Origin: Octopus vulgaris
Lineage: Eukaryota
Reading direction: 5' to 3'
Assembly: GCA_951406725.2 (NCBI GenBank)
Contig: OX597823.1
Location: 112,344,001-112,408,000 of the forward strand
Length of the DNA stretch: 64,000 nt
The translations under genes were made by a program, and so were the position numbers. The first letter of the stretch is position 1. Every line of letters begins with the position of its first letter. Of the stretch, positions 13,090 through 25,669 are shown in pieces. The notes beneath the pieces were generated by a model. It did no database searches, was not told the DNA's origin, and worked only from the letters and a program-made list of their open reading frames with translations.

Positions 13090-14734
13090 ATTACACAAAA
13101 CAAACAAACCAGTGCACTTACCACTACTTTAAGGTATGGTGATGAAATTCCAGTTGACTTGATTTGTATTCCTTTGTAGCACTGGTGATGGCGATGAAAC
13201 TTACCTTTCCCTGTTCAAGATGATGCTGAATAAATGCACTTATCTCCCCTTACATGAAATAATTTTTCATATTCCATTTTAATTTACTTGTTGACATGAG
13301 TGTGATCATTGACAGAGCGGCTAACTGGTTTCTGTGCCAGTGGCACTTAAAAGGCACCATTCAAGTGTGATCGTTACCAGCGTCGCATTACTGGCATTTG
13401 AGCCCTGTGCTAGTAGGGTATTAAGAGCACCATCCGAGCGTAATCGTTGCCGGAGCGGCTATCTGGCCTCCGTGCCGGTGGCACGTAAAAGACACCATCT
13501 GAGCATGATCGTTACCAGCATCACCTTACTGGCACCTGTGCCGGTGGCATGTGTAAAAGATTCGAGCGAGATCGTTGCCAGTACTGCCTGACTGGCCTCG
13601 TGCCAGTGGCACATAAAAGCACCTACTCCACTCTCAGAGTGGTTGGCATTAGGAAGGGCATCCAGCTGTAGAAACTCTGCCAGATCGAAATTGAAGCCTG
13701 GTGCAGCCATCTGGTTCGCCAGTCCTCAGTCAAATCGTCCAACCCATGCTAGCATGGAAAGTGGACGTTAAACGATGATGATGATGATGTTACCTAGTAG
13801 ATACATTTCGTCAATCATGTTCAAGAATAAATCACAGGTCTCCCTCTCTCTCCTTTCCCTATACAGCGAGTGAAGTCATACATCCAGGTCACCAGACAAT
13901 AGTCGTTTACATTGTAGACCTGGGAATTACTGAACATGGTAAACCAGAAGATGAGTGGAAATTGCAATCAGCTGTCAATCATAGTGGATTTGTCAAACAA
14001 AGGGTAGAAATCTTGGCTACTTTTCTACCCACACATGTCCCTCTTCTACAGGGCTGCAGTACCATCGAAGTGGAGGCTGCAACTGAGACAACACCTGCAC
14101 ACATCATCATCATCATCATCGTTTAACGTCTGCTTTCCATGCTAGCATGGGTTGGACAATTTGACCGAGGTCTGGCAAACCAGATGGTTGCCCCAGACTT
14201 CAATCTTGATCTGGCAGAGTTTCTACAGCTGGATGCCCTTCCTAATGCCAACCACTCCAAGAGTGTAGTGGGTGGTTTTAGATGTCACTGGCACAGGGGC
14301 CAGTCAGGCAGTAATGGCAACGACCTTGCTCGAATCTTTTTACACATGCCACCAGCACAGGTGCCAGTAAGGTGATGCTGGTAAGGATCACACTTGAATG
14401 GTGCCTTTTACGTGACACCGGCACAGAAGCCATTTAGCCACTCTGGCAACGATCATGCTCAGATGGTGCTATTAGCACCCTATCAGCATGGTGGTCAAGT
14501 GCCAGTAAGGTGACGCTGGTAACGATGACACTCAAATGGTGTCACAATGGCTTGAAATGTATAATGCCATAAGAGCGTATGACAGACAAAATGTATGACA
14601 ACACTGAAATAGGAATACTAAGATAGGTTTTTTTTTACTCGTTTTAATGACAAAATTTGTAAGGGAAGCTAGTACCACATGAATCTTGGATAATTACATG
14701 AAATAATGTTCGTGTTTTAGACGAACTTTTCCTT

Positions 14735-14810
14735 GTACCAGTGTATAAACCACACCCCAGTTTTCTGGATTTTTCCAGCAGAAAAAGTGCGGTTAATACA
14801 CCGGAAAATG
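14735..14810 (-). mobile_element. Probable 5' terminal repeat region of the pogo-type element
   Basis: Minus strand ccattttccggtgtattaaccgcac with a subterminal inverted gtgtataaaccacac, resembling pogo/Tigger ends. Confidence 0.55.
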
Positions 14811-15091
14811 GAGAAATCTTTTAGCATTCAGATCCCTCTGTCAAAAGTGATGCTTATTTATTCATATTGTTTTGAATTAATCCTACATTACCATGTAGCT
14901 TTGAGATTTTGATGGTGTACTCTTACTCTCTCTTTAACTCTTGCACTTGTTTCAGTCATTTGACTGCAGCCATGCTGGAGCACCGCCTTTAGTCGAGCGA
15001 ATCGACCCCAGGACTTATTCTCTGTAAGCCTAGTACTTATTCTATCAGTCTCTTTTGCCGAACCGCTAAGTTATGGGGATTCTAGCAAAAA

Positions 15092-15129
15092 CTGTCCGAT
15101 GAACGGCAATGGGAAACTCAGAGTAACAG
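15092..15129 (+). ncRNA. Degenerate type I hammerhead motif in a short element (about 15080-15232) ending at (TA)n
   Basis: CUGU-CCGAUGA-ACGGCAAUGG-GAA-ACUCAGAGU-A-ACAG. Stems I and III pair, but there is a U4C change and stem II is broken. Confidence 0.6.
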
Positions 15130-15230
15130 GTTTTGTTGAATTTTCTGCTGCTTTAAATAAAGTATATTACTCTACCACTGGTATTTGAGTACTCTTTTTT
15201 CCAACTTGTTTCACATTTATGTGTTTACTC

Positions 15231-15277
<47 letters not shown>

Positions 15278-15313
15278 CATACATACACACACACTCTTTC
15301 ACTCTCTCTCTCT

Positions 15314-15399
<86 letters not shown>

Positions 15400-15594
15400 T
15401 GTGTGTGAGTGTACGTACATGTCTGTCCAAGAAATAATCACAAATCTCATATCTACATATCTTGTAATATTATAATAGCCAAGCTGTCAAAAGTCTGTGA
15501 TCCCATCACAACCAGATTTGATCTATGGTTATAAGCCTTTACCCCCTATTATTAAACAAAACAAGATTTCTCTTTCTGATATATCTATTTGTAT

Positions 15595-16100
<506 letters not shown>

Positions 16101-16984
16101 CATATACAAATATAGAACCACCCACATATATACACAAAAGGGAAAGTCTGTGTGCATCTATCTATCTATCTTTCTACCTATCTATACATATTTAGATACA
16201 TATGCACATACATATACACATACATACATGTGCACACGCTCACAAACACGCACACACACACTTATTCACCCAGGCACATGTACACACACTCACATGCGCT
16301 CACACAGACAATTGTATATATTTCTAATTGCACTCTTTCACCTCTATATTTTCATTGATATGACTCCCTTTTTCCCTTAAATGTTTTATTGATTATGTTA
16401 TTTTTTTATATTCATTCATAATTATTGGATTTTTTTTTTTCTATCTTCCCTATAATTTTCAAAATTGGTATTGCCATTTTCTAGCACACACTGTTCCTGA
16501 CCCTTTATTTTCAGATTAAAAAGTTATATATTTTTTGCGATTTTTTTTTTTAGTCTCTCTTATCTTTATTGCTTATGGTTTTTAATTGTTTCTGTATATA
16601 TTTTTTTTTCATCTCAACTAAAGTGAAAAATGCAAAACATCACAAAAATTCGTGTCTTTCATTTTGCAATTATTTTTCTCTTACTTTGAATCTGTTTTAT
16701 TCATTGAATGTATGCGTGTGTGTATGTGCACATGTGTTCTAGTATGTATGCATTTATGTATGCACATACACACACACATATATATATACACACACATATA
16801 TGTATACATATATCAATATACATATTATGTCATATAGATTATGTATATCATATTTATTATATATATCTTCCTTTATCAATAATTTTGATAAATATATCAA
16901 AGTCTCTATGATTTTATGCACACACACACATGTATATATGTCTGTGTGAGTGTGTGTGTGTGTGTATACATATATATATGGCTG

Positions 16985-17040
<56 letters not shown>

Positions 17041-17058
17041 TATGTGTATATATATATA

Positions 17059-17141
<83 letters not shown>

Positions 17142-17473
17142 TATTATATATATATGTATGTATATATATATCATTATATATATATGTATATATACATATA
17201 TGTATATATATATATGTATGCATATATGTATGTATATATATATATATATATACATACATACATGTACATGCACACTACATACAATATATATATGTATATA
17301 TATGTATATATATATATATACAATATGTATATATATACAATATATATATGTATATATACATATATGTATATATATATATGTGTGTATACATATATGTATT
17401 TATATGTACATACATACATGTACATGCACACATATACAATATAGATATATATATTTATCTACATGTATGTATA

Positions 17474-17504
<31 letters not shown>

Positions 17505-18244
17505 GTTATCATCATCGTCGTCATTTTGCATCCATTCTCCATGCACACATGGCTTGGAGATTTTGATGGAATCCACCAAGCTGCAAAGCCATATCAAGCT
17601 TCAGTGTAAGCCTTGGCTGGGTTGTTTTTGTTACGTAATGCCAACCACTTTACAGAGTTGACCTGGATGCTTTTTGTATTATTTCTTCGTGCCACTGGCA
17701 CTAGTGAGGTTTCTGTGTAAACTTGCAAGATAGAAAAAGAACAGGGCAAAAAGGAAAAGAAAGAAGCTCCAACTACTAAGATGGGTGTATTTGTGAGAAG
17801 AAAGTGGAGGGGCATCCCTCTGTGCTAGATGTCACAAGGCTAAAGTATGATAGAGGGGCAAGCACAGGTGTCTTGGTGTTGGGGAAATACATGCCTGAAG
17901 TGAATTAACAAATAGTAGTGATGAGGTGCTAGAGCAAACTCTCGTGGTACAAGAGGGTGAGCATAAGAGAGGATACAGACAGTGGGTCATAGGAGAAGAT
18001 GAGAGAGGGGATGATTTCATAAGAGAGTGAGTGAAGGGTAACACTCTTTTACTTGTTTCAGTCATTTGACTGTGGCCATGCTGGAGCACCACCTTTAGTC
18101 GACCAAATCGACCCCAGGACTTATTCTATGTAAGCCTAGTACTTATTCTATCGGCCTCTTTTGCCGAACCGCTAAGTTACAGGGACATAAATACACCACC
18201 ATCGGTTGTCAAGTGATGTTGGGGGAACAAACACAAACACATAA

Positions 18245-18279
<35 letters not shown>

Positions 18280-18763
18280 CATATATACGACGGGCTTCTT
18301 TCAGTTTCCGTCTACCAAATCCACTCACAAGGCTTTGGTCGGCCCAAGGCTATAGTACAAGACACTTGCCCAAGGTGCCACGCAGTGGGACTGAACCCGA
18401 AACCATGTGGTTCGTAAGCGAGCTACTTATCACACAGCCAGTCTTGCCCCTATCATGATTAAAGATGAGGGTAAAGGTAAATGTCAAGCGTGGTGAACAA
18501 GGATGGAGATGCTGTTGAAGAAAATACAAGGATGGAGAGGAGTAATTTGAGAGTGGCTCAGGAAGAGGAATAGATCAAAAGTATGAGATGATGTGCAAGG
18601 TGTAGGAGCAATGGAGAGGGGAAGATATAGTGGTACGTAAGGGGCTATAGTAAGTGGGGTGTGATGAAAGATATGAGGGAGAGCATTGTGAATATCAGCT
18701 GATAAAAGAGGTATTGAGAATGGTGTATAGCGAAGGGGAGAGATCAGAGTGTTATATCGCAAT

Positions 18764-19152
18764 CGATCGAAGCACTCCGTCAGTTACGACGACGAGGGTT
18801 CCGGTTGATCCGAATCAACGGAACAGCCTGCTCGTGAAATTAACATGTAAGTGGCTGAGCACTCCACAGACACGTGTACCCTTAACGTAGTTCTCAGGGA
18901 TATTCAGCGTGACACAGAGAGTGACAAGGCCGGCCCTTTGAAATACAGGTACAACAGAAACAGGAAGTAAGAGTGAGAGAAAGTTGTGGTGAAAGAGTAC
19001 AGCAGGGATCACCACCATCCCCTGCCGGAGCCTCGTGGAGCTTTAGGTGTTTTCGCTCAATAAACACTCACAACGCCCGGTCTGGGAATCGAAACTGCGA
19101 TCCTATGACCGCGAGTCCAATGCCCTAACCACTGGGCCATTGTGCCTCCACA
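18764..19152 (-). mobile_element. tRNA-derived SINE family 3 (full length)
   Basis: Head GGAGGCACAATGGCCCAGTGGTTAGGGC...GTTTCGATTCC. 10-bp TSD ATATCGCAAT at 18754-18763 and 19153-19162. Second copy at 34631-35012. Confidence 0.9.
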
Positions 19153-19959
19153 ATATCGCAATACTACACAGTGGCTGTGTGAGCATCTCATCCTCGTTGC
19201 CACTGTTGTCGCACATTCGGATGACCTCTACTCAACTGTTCTCCACTCTGCTCTGTTCTCATTTCTCTACAATCCACAAGGGACTAAACACAGAGGGGAC
19301 AAACAAGGACAGACAAAGGGATAAAGTCGATGAGATCGACCCCAGTGCGTAACTGGTACTTAAATTATCAACCCCGAAAGGATGAAAGGCAAAGTCAACC
19401 TCGGCAGAATTTGAACTCAGTTGAAACGGCAGACAAAATACGGCTACGCATTTCGCCTGGCGTGCTAACCGTTCTGCCAGCTGGCCACCTTCATAATAGA
19501 CTCTACTCTGTTCTAGTCTACTATGACTGCTACTGTTCTCTCTCCGCTACTCAACTCTTCTCTACTCTGACATCTAGGCTTCTCCCTCTATATCTACATA
19601 TTGGGCTAGTCTACTTCATCGTCTGGGGGTGTCCACACAACACAGTGGCTGAAGGCAGAGCAAGGAAATGGCTGGTGGAAATAGCATAGGCATTGATGAC
19701 GTTGAGGAATGACAGGGGTTCCTAAGGGAAAAGAGAAGAAGGAGGTAACCAGAAGGGAGGGGATTTAATGTGTGTAAATTCTGGTCCCAAAGTGATTACA
19801 GCAGCTGAGTGGTACCATAGAGAAGTGATAGGGGATTGAGGGTAAGAATTATTGGAAGTACTTGACAGGGCAAAGAGAGAGAGAGGGGGTTCGGAGCAGG
19901 GCTCTGTATACAAGCATACCAAGTAGTTTTAGGATATCGTTTTGCTGTGATGGATGGGT

Positions 19960-20325
19960 TTTCTTGAGCACAACAGATCACCACTCATCTCAGTCCGCTG
20001 TCATCTTTGTAAGGCTCAGAATCCTGATATCAACTTTCAATTCTTTGTCTTATATCTTCCTGGGTTTCCCTCTTCCACCAGTTCCATCCAGTCTAAATGA
20101 ACAGCACATCCTTAATGAACTGTTCTATCCATATACATCCCATGACAAAACCAACACTTGCAGCCTATATCTGATTCTTTTTATGTCAAACTTTTCTCTC
20201 AGCATGTTAACACTTTGTCATACATGCACACTGACATCACACAACCAACAGAGCCTAATAGCTTCATTCCTCTCTAGTCTTCGCATATCCTCTGCATTCA
20301 TGATCCATGTTTCCCTACCATGTGG
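19960..20325 (-). pseudogene. RTE-clade LINE 3' fragment
   Basis: Minus translation GRETWIMNAEDMRRLERNEAIRLCWLCDVSVH...GGRGKPRKI matches RTE RT C-terminal motifs (GSETW, RGRPRKTW). Confidence 0.8.
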
Positions 20326-20693
20326 CCTTGTTTACAATTTGCCTTTCATTCAGAGAGAAAGATCAAATTCCGCCGAGGTCGACTTTGCCTTTCATCCTTT
20401 TGAGGTCGATTAAATAAGTACCAGTTACGCACTGGGGGCAATATAATCGACTTAATACATTTGTCTGTCCTTGTTTGTCCTCTCTGTGTTTAGCCACTTG
20501 TGGGTTGTAAAGAAATAGGTTGTTGCCAACAAAGATAATACCTTGTGTGGTATGTAGCTTGCTTGCAAACCACATGGTTCCAGGTTCCGTCCCACTGCGT
20601 GGCACCTTGAGCAAGTGTCTTCTACTATAGCTTCGGGCCGACCAAAGCCTTGTGAGTGGATTTGGTAGACAGAAACTCAAAGAAGCTCGTTGT

Positions 20694-20735
<42 letters not shown>

Positions 20736-20863
20736 CGGGAAGCTTTATGAAAATAGACAAAAGACGAAGGCAAGTTTACAGAAATAAACAAAAGACGAAG
20801 GCAGGTAGAATACAAACAAACAATTGTATTAGTATGGCGCTCAGGAAATATAAATAAAACAAG

Positions 20864-20901
20864 TCTTTAACGTTTCGAGCCTACGCTCTTCAACAGAAAG
20901 A
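20864..20901 (-). ncRNA. Minimal type I hammerhead motif in the PLE pLTR (family B, A6U core)
   Basis: UCUUU-CUGUUGA-A-GAGC-GUAG-GCUC-GAA-ACGU-U-AAAGA: perfect 5-bp stem I, 4-bp stem II, palindromic ACGU stem III. Confidence 0.8.
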
Positions 20902-21512
20902 TACACAGAGAAAAAAATACAGAAAGAAGGAGAGAAAAAAATATGCGTGCAGAAGCTAGCGAATCAACATGGCGATCTGATTTCGGCCAGAAGTCAAAGA
21001 TCAAACATGAGATGCAAGAGCGAAATTAGGGGAGATAATAGGGTTGAATGACCTCACTCCAGCATAAGAGTGTGTGTGTGTGTGTATGAGAAGAGTGTGT
21101 GTATGAGAGAGTATTAGTGCGTATGAGAGGTCTGGACGTGTGTATGTATATATGATGTGATGTGTAAAGTCGTATGGTGTAGTGTAGAGAGAGGAGAAGA
21201 GGGGGAGGGGAGGTAAGGGGGGGGTGAAGGAGAGGAGAAGAGGTGGGGGAGAAGGAAGGAGAGGAGGGGAGAGGGAAGGGGGAGAAGGAAGGAGAGGAGA
21301 AGAGGAGGGGGAGAAGGAAGGAGAGGAGAAGAGGAGGGGGAGAAGGAAGGAGAGGAGGGGAGAGGAGTAGGGAGGATAGAGGGAGAGGGGAGAGAGAGAG
21401 AAGGGAGGGAGGGAGAAAGAGGGAAGAAGGGAAGAGGAGTAGGGGTGAAAGGATGAAGGACTGAAGAGAAGTAGGGGTCGGGAGGAGGTTAGATGAGGAG
21501 GGGGAGAGGGGG

Positions 21513-23234
21513 TTAGATGAGGAGGGGGGGAGAGTTGAGACCAAATGGCGTATAAGAGCGAAGAGAGAAGATTAATTCCTGTTCACGGCGCAAACGGGAA
21601 TCTGGATGGCCTCTGTGTAAGGACAAACCGAACACAGACAGGTGTTGCAAAGAGTGACCAGTGGAGTGGAAATGGCGTGAGACCGGTGTGTCGTTCGCAA
21701 GGCGGATGTCACAAAGGTGTTCCGCGAACCCGTCAGCCAAGCGGCGTCCCGTTTGTCCGATGTACAGGGAATGGCAGAGAGAGCAAGAGACGCAATAGAT
21801 AATATTGCTGGAGGTGCAGGTGAAGGAGTTGATGATGCGATAGGGTCGATGATGGGTGCCAGTGAGGAGGGTGGTGTTGGAGAGGTAAGGGCAAGTGCGG
21901 CAACGTGGGCGGGAGCAGGGGAACGAGCCAGGTTGGGAGGTAGGGTCAGGGAAGGAGCTATGGACCAAAAGGTCTCGAAGGTTATGGGCTCGTTTGAAAG
22001 AGGGGAGGGGTCGGTTAGGGAAGAGGTGTGAAGTGGACGAGTCGGACTGGAGATGACGGAAAGCTCGAAGAATGGTGCGTTGGAGAGGTAGGGTCGTGGG
22101 GTGGTAAGTGAGGGGAAAAGGGTGGCGGGAGACTACAGGGTGGGTTCGGGGAGAGAGAGCAGATACACGGTCCACGGAACGTGCTCTGGCAAGGGCGGTG
22201 TGGATAGTGGTGAGGGGGTATCCACGTAGGATGAAGTGGTGAGCCATACGTTGAGACTGAGTCTCAAAGTCATGGTCGTTATTACAGAGCCTACGTAGAC
22301 GGAGGAATTGGGAATAGGGGATGGAAAGCTTGGTGTGTTCTGGGTGGGAGGAAGAGAAGTTGAGGTATGAGTGTGAGTCTGTGTGTTTGTAGTGAATGGA
22401 GGTGGTAAGAGTGGAGTGAAGAATGCTAACCGAAATGTCGAGGAAGAAGACAGAGGTGTTGGAGATAGTGGAAGTGAAGTGGAGGGCTGGATGGAAAGAT
22501 TGAATGAAAGAGAGGAAGGAATCTAGATGTTCACGGGAGAGTGAGGTGGCACCGATAATGTCGTCAATGTAACGACCATATAGTTCAGGAGTGGGACCAG
22601 TGAAATTAGAGAATATTTGGGCCTCAACATAGCCAACGAACAGGTTCGCATAGTTGGGGCCCATTCGCGTTCCCATGGCCACTCCTGAAACCTGATGGTA
22701 GAACTCGCCCGTGAACGAGAAGCAATTAAGAGTAAGGTCAAGTTCGGCCAGACGAATGAGTGTGGAGGTGTCAGGTTCAGGGTTGGAGCGGAGGTCAAGA
22801 AAGTGTTGAAGTGCCTGCAGTCCTTCGTGGTGAGGGATAACGGTATAGAGGCTCTGAATGTCCATAGTAAAAAGGATTTTGGAGGAGCCGGGAGGAAAGG
22901 AGAAAGAGTTGAAAAGCCGGAGAGCATGGTTGGTATCGTGGATGTGGGAGGGAAGAGATGCCACTAGGGGGGCAAGGACACGGTCGAGGTATTTAGAGAT
23001 GAGCTCCGTGGGGCAGTTACAGGCGAAGACGATGGGGCGGCCAAGGTTGTTGGGTTTGTGGATTTTGGGGAGGAAGTAAATGGTGGGGGTACGTGGGGTT
23101 CGTACAATTAGGTTGGATGCGGTGTGGGGGAGACGGGAGGACGAGATGAGGTCGCGGACAGTAGAGGATACCGTCTGTTGGTAGCTACGTGTGGGGTTAG
23201 AGGACAGAGGGGAGTAGAAGGAGGTGTCATTGAG
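21513..23234 (-). CDS. PLE reverse transcriptase - GIY-YIG endonuclease polyprotein (573 aa, N-terminally truncated)
   Basis: Motifs LPKIHK, GRPIV, TMDIQSLYT, GVAMGTRMGPNYANLFV, RYIDD, FLD, SSSHP, linker PCSRPRCRTC, IIY..CSLC..YIGQTGR, REQELI and GLN. No internal stops. The first 26 aa of the listed 599-aa ORF come from the flanking SINE. Confidence 0.95.
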   Translation of the reverse strand, partial: LNDTSFYSPLSSNPTRSYQQTVSSTVRDLISSSRLPHTASNLIVRTPRTPTIYFLPKIHKPNNLGRPIVFACNCPTELISKYLDRVLAPLVASLPSHIHDTNHALRLFNSFSFPPGSSKILFTMDIQSLYTVIPHHEGLQALQHFLDLRSNPEPDTSTLIRLAELDLTLNCFSFTGEFYHQVSGVAMGTRMGPNYANLFVGYVEAQIFSNFTGPTPELYGRYIDDIIGATSLSREHLDSFLSFIQSFHPALHFTSTISNTSVFFLDISVSILHSTLTTSIHYKHTDSHSYLNFSSSHPEHTKLSIPYSQFLRLRRLCNNDHDFETQSQRMAHHFILRGYPLTTIHTALARARSVDRVSALSPRTHPVVSRHPFPLTYHPTTLPLQRTILRAFRHLQSDSSTSHLFPNRPLPSFKRAHNLRDLLVHSSFPDPTSQPGSFPCSRPRCRTCPYLSNTTLLTGTHHRPYRIINSFTCTSSNIIYCVSCSLCHSLYIGQTGRRLADGFAEHLCDIRLANDTPVSRHFHSTGHSLQHLSVFGLSLHRGHPDSRLRREQELIFSLRSYTPFGLNSPPLLI

Positions 23235-23544
23235 TGTATATATGTGTGTGTGTTTATGCTTGTGTGTCTGTGTTTGCTCCACCCCCCCACACACACACAC
23301 ATCACTTGACAACCAATGCTGTTTTGTTTACATCCCCGTAACTTAGCGGTTCGGCAAAAGAGACCGATAGAATAAGTCCTGGGGTCAATTTGCTTGACTA
23401 AAGGTGGTGCTCCAGCATAGCCACAGTCAAATGACTGAAACAAGTTGAAGAGTAAAAGAGTATTTTAATTTTAGCAACTATATTTTCTGGACAGGAGCCT
23501 CCAGGGCTGAATGCCAGGAAGCCATACCTGTTTTTAAATGATTC

Positions 23545-24015
23545 CTATTGGGTAAAAGATGACTTAATATTCAGTATACCCATGATAAGCTTCACACAAA
23601 TGGAATCACTAATCTTGATAGATTATCCATCTTGAGTACCATAAAATATGTAAACACCCCAACAAATCAGATCCGTACAGGGATGATGACATGGTAATCT
23701 TAAACCATATGAACAACCACACCATGTGTAACTTCATGAAGAATCTCATCAATGTTTTCAAAGAATTTGGCCTAACTATAACTGTTATCATCATCTAAAG
23801 AAAGGTTAACTTCCTTGATATCATTCAAAGCCTCAAAAGAGTTAAGTACTACTTCTACACAAAGCCTAATAAGGAAATTGTTTATAGCTTTAGAAACTCC
23901 AGCCAACTCCTGGCTGTAATTAGAAATGTTTCCAGGTGCTAGTAGAAGAATTTCCACTCTATTGGTATACATAGAGAGATATTCAACAGAGCCATACCCC
24001 ACTATGAAACATCCA
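23545..24015 (+). pseudogene. Decayed RT of a second PLE lineage (YRDD type)
   Basis: Fragments WVKDDLIFSIPMISF, YRDDDMVIL...KNLINVFKEFGLTITV...KVNFLDI...YYFYTKPN and EIFNRAIPHYE, with stops and frameshifts. Confidence 0.8.
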
Positions 24016-25669
24016 GCCCTTCACAAGATTACTCACTTTTACCAGTGAAGCAACATGAAATGAAGTGTCTTGCTCAAGAAGACAATGCATAATCCAGTCC
24101 AGGAATCAAAGCCATAATCGTATGATCATGAGTGTAACACCTTGATTGCTAAGCCACACACCTCCACACAGCCCTGTTATAATGATGTACAAGTGAGGAA
24201 ATATGATACAGATAAGGTAGTGTACATGGTGGATCCCTACCCCTATCTTTAAACTTTAAAAAAGTCAGAAGTAGAAAGTAATCTGGTTTAATCCTCTATT
24301 CAATCTAAACGCTTCAATTAATATTGGTAGATTTCTGTTGTTAAAGTCTTTAATTTCCATAATGTTAAGATTAGTTACTTGAGCTCAAACAACGTCTCTT
24401 ACAACAATAAATACTATAACAGAAGCAAATTCATAGCCACATGGTCTTCACCTTATATACCACTACCAACAACAACAACAGCAACAAAATGGAAAAGACA
24501 TTCTCTTTATTTCAGAAACTAATGTTACCCTATATGTACATCATTAAGATCATAAAGAAACAGTAATTTTCAATAAGAGATCCTCAATCTCTGAATTCTA
24601 TTTGCAATTTCATCAACAAGATTTGCATCCTCCCTTTTTCTATCTTATTTCTGTTGAAATACTCTGCTTTTGTTTAAATTAATTTTCAAAATAATGAAGA
24701 ATTTAGTTAAATATCTTTGTGTGATGGAAGATATTATTTTAGATCACTTTGAAGCAGAACCTTTCTCTCATAGAAACAGGAGCTGTCTCAAGTGAGTTGA
24801 TGTCAAAAAGGTTAAAATATTGTCAAGCTGTATGAACGAAAATACATATTTCAAAATTTTACCCTATGCCTTTATTTTAGGATCTACACAAAGCTTTCAT
24901 GGTCATGGGTGACTAAGATTGCCAAATTTATCAAGATTTATTCTGAAGCTAACATGTCACATGGCACCAAAATTTATCTACATATGTTTGAAGATCTTTT
25001 TCATTGTCTACAACAATAGCCCAGTCCAAGGCCATCTTTGCAGCATTAATGGCTCTTGGGCAAATCATTGCCCTGGGGCCAATGTTATTTACTTATCTAT
25101 AGATAATAAATTACACAATACATGGGTCAGAATTAGATCCCTTGATTCATGAGGTCCCCAGGCAAAGGCCCAGTGTCTTCATGCCTTAAGACAGCACCGT
25201 TGTATTCCCCAAAGTTTGAGGTTTCTAATCAAAGACACAACAGTAAGTGATTTAGAATGAAGCTATTTGAGATTGAATAACTCATCTGTTATGTGGTAAT
25301 ATATATAAATGCCTTCAGAGCAATCTTGTGAAGTATATAGTTTATAGACAAGGAGCACACTCTCATACCATCATCAAAGGATGTGATAATGTATGTAAAC
25401 AGATTAGAGCAGCTAAATTTTGTGAGAATTGGGCATTATGCTTCATGCTGCCCTGAATCAATGTCGTTAGTGCAATCAGCAAAGCAATTATAGAGATTAA
25501 CTCCCTGATCAGTGCCTTTTCTTGTAATAGATCATCATCATCATCGTTTAACGTCCATTTTCCGTGCTAGCACCGGTTGGACAGTTCGACTGGGGTCTGG
25601 GAAGCTGGAGGGGGGGGGGCACCAGCCTCCAGTCTGATCTGGCAGTGTTTTCTTGTAATAGATGAATGG

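Larger units (their letters stand above)
20735..23235 (-). mobile_element. Penelope-like retroelement (Neptune-type), 5'-truncated, inserted in the (TA)n core of a family 1 SINE
   Basis: RT+GIY-YIG ORF, pyrimidine-rich 3' UTR and terminal pLTR with a hammerhead. The SINE halves lie at 20543-20700 and 23236-23460. Confidence 0.93.

Noticed and set aside
23235-23312. N-terminal 26 aa of the 599-aa ORF as a real start
   Set aside because: It derives from the flanking SINE and microsatellite; the PLE is truncated at about 23234.
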